Positions 57,377-64,000 of a DNA stretch of 64,000 bases are shown here, piece by piece (within the stretch, counting starts at the first letter, position 1; each line of letters opens with the position of its first letter). Source of the stretch: Bacteroidaceae bacterium. GTDB taxonomy: Bacteria > Bacteroidota > Bacteroidia > Bacteroidales > Bacteroidaceae. Under the pieces are notes generated by a model. That model was not told the origin of the DNA and ran no database searches. It worked only from the letters and a program-made list of their open reading frames with translations. Location: assembly GCA_017646665.1 (NCBI GenBank), contig JAGCMB010000036.1:26963-90962 (forward strand), in the 5' to 3' direction. The translations under genes were made by a program, and so were the position numbers.

Positions 57377-57596
57377 TATTAATTAATTGTTTTACAGAAT
57401 ATTTATATTCAGTGTTTAATGTTGTTTGTAGCTCTATGTTTCTTGTGATGCAGATAAAATATATTGGCATATCGGTAGTGTTTTAAGGAATCTGTTTTCC
57501 ATCAGAAGGGAAGTCCTGCAACAATCCGATTTCTTTAAGATGAAAATTTTGCTATTTCTTGTTATTATATATATAATAAAATATCGTTTTTATTTG

Positions 57597-57604
57597 TATC
57601 TTTG
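57597..57604 (+). promoter_or_regulatory. -7 promoter box TATCTTTG for lepA
   Basis: TAnnTTTG, 65 nt upstream of the ATG at 57669. Confidence 0.45.
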
Positions 57605-57668
57605 CAGTTAAAATCGCTGAAAAGTGATTTTTGTGACATACTTTCATTGAAAACAACAATTGACATAT

Positions 57669-59450
57669 ATGGAGAAAATCAGAAATTTTTGCATTATCGC
57701 TCACATCGACCACGGTAAATCGACCTTGGCCGACCGTTTGCTTGAAACGACAAAGACAATAAACATTACAGAGGGACAGATGCTCGACAATATGGACCTC
57801 GAAAAGGAGCGTGGAATCACTATCAAGAGCCACGCGATACAGATGGAGTATATGTACAAGGGCGAGAAGTATATTCTCAATCTAATTGACACTCCGGGAC
57901 ACGTCGACTTCTCTTACGAGGTGTCACGTTCTATTGCAGCCTGTGAAGGTGCCTTACTTGTGGTTGACGCGACACAAGGTGTTCAGGCGCAAACAATCTC
58001 AAACTTGTATATGGCAGTCGACCACGGTCTTGAGATTATTCCCGTGGTGAACAAATGTGATATGATTAACGCCATGCCCGAGGAGGTGAAAGATGAAATT
58101 GTTGACCTTATCGGTTGCGACAGGGATGACATTATTGAGGCTTCGGGAAAGACCGGCTTGGGTGTTGAGGATATCCTTGCTGCTGTCGTTGAACGTATCC
58201 CTGCACCTGTCGGCGACGAAGAGGCTCCATTGCAGGCACTTATCTTTGACTCTGTATTCAATTCTTTCCGCGGTATCATTGCATATTTCAAGATTACCAA
58301 CGGTGTTCTGCGCAAGGGTGACAAAGTAAAATTCTTCAATACAGGAAAAGAGTACGACGCCGACGAAATCGGTGTATTGAAGATGGATCTCTGCCCCCGT
58401 CAGGAGTTGCGTACCGGCGATGTAGGCTACATTATTTCGGGTATCAAGACATCACGCGAGGTTAAGGTCGGTGACACAATCACCCACATTGCACGCCCAT
58501 GTGCTGCAGCCATCGACGGATTCGAGGAGGTAAAGCCAATGGTCTTTGCCGGTGTATATCCAATTGATGCCGAGGATTATGAGGACTTGCGTGCGTCACT
58601 GGAGAAACTGCAACTCAACGATGCTTCGCTGACATTCACGCCCGAGTCTTCGGCCGCACTTGGTTTTGGTTTCCGTTGCGGATTCCTAGGCCTTCTACAC
58701 ATGGAGATTGTCCAGGAACGTCTTGATCGCGAGTTCGACATGAGTGTCATCACTACCGTACCTAACGTTTCGTACATGGTGTATGACAAGCAGGGTGAGG
58801 CAAAGGAGGTGCACAACCCAGGTGGTATGCCCGACCCGACACTCATTGACCACATTGAAGAGCCATATATCAACGCAAGCATAATTACCCGTGCCGAGTA
58901 TATTGGCCCAATTATGACACTCTGTCTTGCAAAGCGCGGAGAGTTGCTCAAACAGGAGTTTATCACCGGTAACCGTGTTGACATCCGCTTCCTGTTGCCA
59001 TTGGGCGAGATTGTCATTGATTTTTATGACAAATTGAAGAGTATCTCTAAGGGATATGCGTCGTTCGACTATCACCCGGCAGGCTTCAGGACATCAAAGC
59101 TCATCAAACTTGATATTCTGCTTAACGGTGAGCCTGTGGATGCTCTTTCTACTTTGACCCACGTCGATAACGCATACGGCCTTGGTCGTCAGATGTGTGA
59201 AAAGCTACGCGACCTGATTCCAAGACAGCAGTTCGATATTGCTCTTCAGGCAGCTATCGGCACAAAGATTATTGCACGTGAAACAATCAAGCAGGTGCGT
59301 AAGGATGTAACTGCAAAATGTTATGGTGGTGACGTGTCGCGTAAGCGCAAATTGCTCGAGAAACAAAAGAAGGGTAAGAAACGTATGAAGCAGATTGGTA
59401 ATGTTGAGGTGCCTCAGAAGGCATTCCTCGCAGTGCTCAAGCTCGATTGA
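57669..59450 (+). CDS. lepA: Elongation factor 4
   Basis: [31 protein letters not shown] and the LepA-specific C-terminal domain. Confidence 0.97.
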   Translation: MEKIRNFCIIAHIDHGKSTLADRLLETTKTINITEGQMLDNMDLEKERGITIKSHAIQMEYMYKGEKYILNLIDTPGHVDFSYEVSRSIAACEGALLVVDATQGVQAQTISNLYMAVDHGLEIIPVVNKCDMINAMPEEVKDEIVDLIGCDRDDIIEASGKTGLGVEDILAAVVERIPAPVGDEEAPLQALIFDSVFNSFRGIIAYFKITNGVLRKGDKVKFFNTGKEYDADEIGVLKMDLCPRQELRTGDVGYIISGIKTSREVKVGDTITHIARPCAAAIDGFEEVKPMVFAGVYPIDAEDYEDLRASLEKLQLNDASLTFTPESSAALGFGFRCGFLGLLHMEIVQERLDREFDMSVITTVPNVSYMVYDKQGEAKEVHNPGGMPDPTLIDHIEEPYINASIITRAEYIGPIMTLCLAKRGELLKQEFITGNRVDIRFLLPLGEIVIDFYDKLKSISKGYASFDYHPAGFRTSKLIKLDILLNGEPVDALSTLTHVDNAYGLGRQMCEKLRDLIPRQQFDIALQAAIGTKIIARETIKQVRKDVTAKCYGGDVSRKRKLLEKQKKGKKRMKQIGNVEVPQKAFLAVLKLD

Positions 59451-59514
59451 TTGATGAATGACAACGGGTTGCCGTGCGGCAACGATGATAAAAGATTGAT
59501 AATTTAGGAAGAAT

Positions 59515-60468
59515 ATGGGAATATTCAGTTTTTTTAGTAGAGAGAAAAAAGAGGTTCTTGACCAAGGACTTTCAAAGACAAAGCAAAGTGTTTTCAGCAA
59601 GATTGCACGTGCCATTGCCGGCAAGAGTGAAATCGACGATGAAGTCCTTGACAACCTTGAGGAGGTTCTTGTGACATCGGATGTAGGTGTTGAAACCACG
59701 CTCAAAATCATTGACCGTGTGCAGAAACGTGTAGCACGCGATAAATTTATGAATACAAACGAGCTTAATAAATTGCTGAAGGACGAGATTGCACAGTTGT
59801 TGATGGAGAACAACACCGAGGATGGCGGTACTTTCGACATTCCTACAACACCCGGTAATCCATACGTTATTATGATTGTGGGTGTGAACGGAGTGGGAAA
59901 GACAACAACTATCGGAAAGCTTGCGCACCAATATAAGAAAGCCGGAAAGAAGGTGTATCTTGGAGCAGCCGACACATTCCGTGCTGCAGCTGTTGAGCAG
60001 CTTGTTGAGTGGGGACATCGTGCCGATGTTCCTGTGATAAAGCAGGGAATGGGTTCAGACCCGGCCTCTGTTGCATACGACACTCTTTCGTCTGCTGTTG
60101 CAAACAATGCCGATGTGGTAATAATTGACACAGCGGGTCGTCTGCACAACAAAGTGGGCCTGATGAATGAGCTTACAAAAATCAAGAATGTTATGCAGAA
60201 GGTTGTTCCAGGAGCTCCAAACGATGTTATGCTTGTTCTTGATGGCTCGACAGGACAGAATGCTTTTGAGCAGGCAAAACAGTTTACAAAGGCTACCGAA
60301 GTGACATCGCTCGCTATCACGAAGCTCGACGGTACAGCCAAAGGCGGTGTTGTTATAGGCATCAGTGACCAATTCAAGATACCCGTGAAGTATATTGGCC
60401 TGGGTGAAGGTATTGATCATTTGCAGATTTTCAATCGCGAAGAGTTCGTTGATTCATTATTCGGATAA
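59515..60468 (+). CDS. ftsY: Signal recognition particle receptor FtsY
   Basis: 317 aa with GVNGVGKTTTIGK, DTAGRLHN, TKLDGTAKGG and an NG domain. Confidence 0.95.
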   Translation: MGIFSFFSREKKEVLDQGLSKTKQSVFSKIARAIAGKSEIDDEVLDNLEEVLVTSDVGVETTLKIIDRVQKRVARDKFMNTNELNKLLKDEIAQLLMENNTEDGGTFDIPTTPGNPYVIMIVGVNGVGKTTTIGKLAHQYKKAGKKVYLGAADTFRAAAVEQLVEWGHRADVPVIKQGMGSDPASVAYDTLSSAVANNADVVIIDTAGRLHNKVGLMNELTKIKNVMQKVVPGAPNDVMLVLDGSTGQNAFEQAKQFTKATEVTSLAITKLDGTAKGGVVIGISDQFKIPVKYIGLGEGIDHLQIFNREEFVDSLFG

Positions 60469-60656
60469 GAAACTGTTTGAATTTATTTCCTTGAAATTTT
60501 TATAGAACTTTTTTAGAGTGTTTTTTCATTTTTAAAAGGCGCATAGTGACTATGTAACTGTGAAAAATGGAAAAACAGGCAAAAAAGGGCATAAAAAGAC
60601 AAGCACCTTTTGCGGATAATGTAAATAATATTTTTGAAAGAAATTTAAACAGTTTC
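60469..60656. repeat. 21-bp inverted-repeat pair (19/21 match) bracketing the entire ftsY-rimO intergenic region (146-bp spacer)
   Basis: Left arm GAAACTGTTTGAATTTATTTC (60469..60489). The reverse complement of the right arm (60636..60656) is GAAACTGTTTAAATTTCTTTC. Confidence 0.85.
60629..60636 (+). promoter_or_regulatory. -7 promoter box TATTTTTG for rimO (with TTTG at 60609..60612 as a possible -33)
   Basis: TAnnTTTG, 23 nt upstream of the rimO ATG, located inside the IR-bounded segment. Confidence 0.4.
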
Positions 60657-60658
60657 TA

Positions 60659-61963
60659 ATGATGAAAAAGAACCGTGTAGATGTCATCACGATGGGGTGC
60701 TCAAAGAATCTTGTCGATTCGGAGTATCTTATGCGTCAGCTTCAGGAGTGTGGCTACGAGGTTACCCACGACAGTGAGGAGCCTTGTGGTGAAATTGCTG
60801 TAATAAACACCTGTGGCTTCATAGGTGATGCAAAGCAGGAATCAATAAATATGATTCTTGAATTTTGCCAACGCAAGGAACAAGGCGATTTGAAAAAGCT
60901 CTATGTGATGGGATGTCTTTCTGAACGTTATCTCAATGAATTGCGTGAGGAAATTACTCAGGTAGACAAGTTCTATGGCAAATTCAACTGGACAGAACTG
61001 CTTGCCGACCTAAAGCAGCAGTATCGCACCGAATTGGCGGCAGAGCGTGTACTGACAACTCCTGGGCATTATGCATACGTAAAAATATCCGAGGGCTGCA
61101 ACCGCCGTTGTGCATACTGTGCCATTCCCATTATAACCGGTGCGCACAAGTCGCGTCCGATGGAAGATATTGTAGCCGAGGTGCGCGGTCTGGTGGCAAA
61201 GGGAGTCAAGGAATTCCAGATAATAGCACAGGAACTCACTTTCTACGGCGTTGACCTTTACAAGAAACAGAGCATTGCCGAATTGGTGGAGCGTATATCG
61301 GATATTGAAGGTGTGGAGTGGATACGTCTACACTATGCCTATCCAAGCCATTTCCCTTACGACCTGTTGCGTGTAATGCGTGAAAGAAATAATGTCTGTA
61401 AATATCTTGACATTGCGTTGCAACACGTCAGCACAAAGGTCTTGAAGAAAATGCACCGCAACGTCACCAAAGAGGATACCTATGCTCTTGTGGAGAGAAT
61501 GCGTCAGGAGATTCCGGGGATTTGTTTGCGCACCACAATGATGGTAGGCTTCCCGGGTGAGGGCGAAAAGGAGTTTGAAGAACTTATGGATTTTGTGAAA
61601 TGGGCTAAGTTCGACCGTCTTGGCGCATTTGCCTATTGTGAGGAGGAAGGCACATTTGCTGCTGATAATTATCGCGATAGTATTTCGAAAAAGAAGAAAC
61701 AGGAACGTTTGGATCGTCTGATGGAGGTTCAGCAAAGACTTTCCACACGATTGAACGAGGCCAAGACCGGAAATGTCTATAAAACGATTATAGACAGGGT
61801 AGAGGGCGACTATTACATTGGGCGTACAGAATTTGACTCGCCCGATGTTGACACCGAAGTTCTTATAAACATCAATGATGGAGAACTTGTGATAGGCAAT
61901 TTCTACAATGTACGCATTACGGACGCAACAGAATTCGACTTGATGGGTGTTGTAGAGAATTAA
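60659..61963 (+). CDS. rimO: Ribosomal protein S12 methylthiotransferase
   Basis: 434 aa with an N-terminal UPF0004 Cys triad, radical SAM CNRRCAYC and a C-terminal TRAM domain. Confidence 0.93.
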   Translation: MMKKNRVDVITMGCSKNLVDSEYLMRQLQECGYEVTHDSEEPCGEIAVINTCGFIGDAKQESINMILEFCQRKEQGDLKKLYVMGCLSERYLNELREEITQVDKFYGKFNWTELLADLKQQYRTELAAERVLTTPGHYAYVKISEGCNRRCAYCAIPIITGAHKSRPMEDIVAEVRGLVAKGVKEFQIIAQELTFYGVDLYKKQSIAELVERISDIEGVEWIRLHYAYPSHFPYDLLRVMRERNNVCKYLDIALQHVSTKVLKKMHRNVTKEDTYALVERMRQEIPGICLRTTMMVGFPGEGEKEFEELMDFVKWAKFDRLGAFAYCEEEGTFAADNYRDSISKKKKQERLDRLMEVQQRLSTRLNEAKTGNVYKTIIDRVEGDYYIGRTEFDSPDVDTEVLININDGELVIGNFYNVRITDATEFDLMGVVEN

Positions 61964-61987
61964 AGGCTTTAGATGTAAGACAACAAT

Positions 61988-62260
61988 ATGAATAACAAGG
62001 AATTTATTACTAAATTGGCAAAAAAGTGTGGCATTTCTGTTGCTGAAGCAAACACAAATGTCGATGCACTGGTGGGGCTTATGACCGATTGCCTTAAAGA
62101 GAATGACCAGCTTAATGTTTCCGGCTTCGGTATTCTCGAGGTAAAAATGCGTAATGAAAGACTCTCGGTAAATCCTAAGACAGGACAACGCTTTTTGGTG
62201 CCTCCAAAGATTGTGCCTGCGTTCAAGCCAAGCAACAAACTGAAAGATAAATTCAAATAA
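61988..62260 (+). CDS. HU-family DNA-binding protein
   Basis: 90 aa with MNNKEFITKLAKK... and the arm region RNERLSVNPKTGQRFLVPPKIVPAFKPS. Confidence 0.9.
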   Translation: MNNKEFITKLAKKCGISVAEANTNVDALVGLMTDCLKENDQLNVSGFGILEVKMRNERLSVNPKTGQRFLVPPKIVPAFKPSNKLKDKFK

Positions 62261-62276
62261 TTAAGGAGATAGAGCT

Positions 62277-63554
62277 ATGGATGCAAAATTGAACCAGTCC
62301 GATTTGATATCGCTATTGGCGAAAGGGTGCAATATCTCTGTTGCCAAGGCTGAACTGTTTACCAAGAATTTCTTTGACCTTATTGTCGAAGGTTTGGAAC
62401 AGGATGGCATTGTCAAGATAAACGGCCTTGGAACATTCAAGATAACAGACGTTGCAAGTCGCGGAAGTGTCAATGTGAATACCGGTGAAAAAATTGAGAT
62501 AAAAGGGCATAAGAAACTCACATTCATTCCGGCCGATGCTTTAAAAGATAATGTAAACCAGCCTTTTGCAATGTTTGAGCCTGTTGAGGTTGACGATACA
62601 TATCAACCCGAGTCGGCCAATGAGTCTGAGGCTGATGAAACTATCGAAGTGGATGGCGTGACAGAGGTGGTAATTGAGGATGTACCAACTATTACCGAAC
62701 AGCAAGAAGAAACTTCGGAATTTGATGAAATGGAACCGTCGGTTGAGGAGAAGGAGCCATTTGTAGACGGGGATGATGCTGAAGAAAAAACAGAAAATGA
62801 GGAGAGCGAGGTGGAAATGCCGGCTCTAAACAATGAAGACGTGGAGAGTGCAGAGCCAAAGAACGAACCGGTTGTTGTGCAGGAAAGACCTTCAGAACCA
62901 ATTGTTGTGCCTGTTCCCAAAAAGAACACACAAGCTGAAAAGCAAGCAGCTCCTGTCAAAAAGAAAAAGGCCAAATCAAACTTCTTCATATACTCGATAC
63001 TTGGCTTTATAATAGGTTTTGCCATTGTTTTTATGTTGAGAAGAAATAACTCTTCGGATGTTGAAGCCCACACAGCTGATGTTGATAATGCTCAACAACC
63101 GACAGCACTTGCAGAGGTAAAGACTCAACAGGCTACCGGTGTAGAGGCTGAAACTGTTGCGACAACAACCGATTCGGTAGCAAATGTGGCAGCAGAACCC
63201 GTAACGGAAAATATTGACCACGCCGACGAAACAGAAAACAGTGTTGCGGATATCACGACCGAAGAAGAGGCATCCGGCGTATATGTATTCACTGTTGTCG
63301 AAGAACTTAAAGCTATTCCATTGAAGGATATAACCCTTGCAGATACACTATTGTATGTTGCCAATGGCGAGTATTGTTCACATATAGTTGCTCCCAACGA
63401 AACGTTGACAAAAATCTCGAAAAAATACTTCTTCGACAAGAAATTGTGGCCATACATTGTTAAATATAATAATATGGACAAACCCGATGCGTTGCGTAGC
63501 GGTATGGAAATTAGAATTCCTTGCCTGATACCAAGAAAGACGCTGAAAAAATAA
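62277..63554 (+). CDS. HU-domain / acidic linker / TM helix / LysM-domain fusion protein
   Basis: N-terminal HU fold (LNQSDLISLLAKG...GLGTFKITDVASRGSVNVNTGEKIEIKGHKKLTFIPA). E/D-rich linker. TM helix FFIYSILGFIIGFAIVFML. C-terminal LysM (HIVAPNETLTKISKKYF...GMEIRIP). Confidence 0.8.
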   Translation: MDAKLNQSDLISLLAKGCNISVAKAELFTKNFFDLIVEGLEQDGIVKINGLGTFKITDVASRGSVNVNTGEKIEIKGHKKLTFIPADALKDNVNQPFAMFEPVEVDDTYQPESANESEADETIEVDGVTEVVIEDVPTITEQQEETSEFDEMEPSVEEKEPFVDGDDAEEKTENEESEVEMPALNNEDVESAEPKNEPVVVQERPSEPIVVPVPKKNTQAEKQAAPVKKKKAKSNFFIYSILGFIIGFAIVFMLRRNNSSDVEAHTADVDNAQQPTALAEVKTQQATGVEAETVATTTDSVANVAAEPVTENIDHADETENSVADITTEEEASGVYVFTVVEELKAIPLKDITLADTLLYVANGEYCSHIVAPNETLTKISKKYFFDKKLWPYIVKYNNMDKPDALRSGMEIRIPCLIPRKTLKK

Positions 63555-63682
63555 CACTATTAAGTTAAAGTTTGTTTAACGCTAACAATGCTTAAATCTA
63601 TTTTAATGAATTTAACATAACAATAGCGTTGAAGATTGTAATTTTGTCCAGAAATAAAACTAAAATACACAAAAATATAATT

Positions 63683-64000
63683 ATGAGTGCAACAATTGAC
63701 ATTCGTGAGTTGAATGAGATGATTGAAAGGCAGAGCGCCTTTGTTACCAACCTGCAGACAGGAATGAGTCAGGTAATCGTAGGACAGAAACATTTGGTTG
63801 AGTCCTTGTTGATTGGTTTACTGTCCGATGGACATATATTGCTTGAAGGTCTGCCAGGTTTGGCCAAGACACTTGCCATAAAAACTTTGTCGGAGCTGAT
63901 AGATGCAGATTTCAGCCGTATTCAGTTTACTCCAGACTTGCTCCCTGCCGACGTTGTAGGTACAATGGTGTATAGCCAAAAGAGTGAGGATTTTAAAGTG
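63683..64000 (+). CDS. MoxR-family AAA+ ATPase, N-terminal part (continues beyond the window)
   Basis: My own translation is MSATIDIRELNEMIERQSAFVTNLQTGMSQVIVGQKHLVESLLIGLLSDGHILLEGLPGLAKTLAIKTL...FTPDLLPADVVGT. It contains Walker A GLPGLAKT and is open to base 64000. Confidence 0.88.
   Translation, partial: MSATIDIRELNEMIERQSAFVTNLQTGMSQVIVGQKHLVESLLIGLLSDGHILLEGLPGLAKTLAIKTLSELIDADFSRIQFTPDLLPADVVGTMVYSQKSEDFKV

Noticed and set aside
59205-60377. 390-aa ORF on the minus strand spanning the end of lepA and nearly all of ftsY
   Set aside because: It is antisense to two unmistakable conserved genes. Its product is low-complexity (S/T/P/A/F-rich) with no motif. It is a typical shadow ORF produced by the codon bias of the sense genes.
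61328-62188. 286-aa minus-strand ORF across rimO and the HU gene
   Set aside because: It is antisense to conserved genes and has no recognisable domains, so it is a shadow ORF. The same reasoning applies to 55675..56478 (antisense to GH20), 46644..47210 (antisense to eno), 10134..10679 (antisense to tyrS), 37708..38190 (antisense to OPT) and 32239..32712 (antisense to gcvT).

Overview
This is a chromosomal window from a Bacteroidales-type genome. The evidence is the LpxC/FabZ fusion, the lpxD-lpxC/fabZ-lpxA-miaA synteny, TAnnTTTG -7 promoter boxes, a T9SS-type C-terminal domain and a BspA-like LRR protein. Most of the window is tightly packed housekeeping: ileS, lspA, tyrS, tRNA-His, miaA, the lpx cluster, pyrF, prfA, purM, a lplA-gcvT-gcvH-gcvPA-gcvPB operon, POT/OPT/MATE transporters, rsmG, rmuC, eno, ettA, lepA, ftsY, rimO, HU and moxR. 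The stand-out region is a visibly AT-richer four-gene insertion between eno and ettA (about 48.1-52.1 kb). It encodes a WYL regulator, a PD-(D/E)XK nuclease with a Cys-cluster and coiled coil, a truncated and degenerate FtsZ/tubulin-like GTPase-domain protein fused to an unknown domain, and a small TIR-domain protein with a C-terminal membrane anchor. I know of no described system with the FtsZ-like plus TIR pairing, and it is my top candidate for a new defence or signalling module. Other unexplained structure:
- a 186-bp tandem repeat carrying copies of the 3' end of the LRR gene;
- 69-bp in-frame repeats inside that gene;
- a hairpin-bearing intergenic repeat family (2 tandem copies plus 1 distant copy, with compensatory stem changes);
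- a 21-bp inverted-repeat pair that exactly brackets the ftsY-rimO intergenic region and its promoter;
- a 0.65-kb ORF-free gap;
- a small unannotated secreted-peptide ORF.
All calls come from reading the sequence and the ORF translations. No database search or computation was run.
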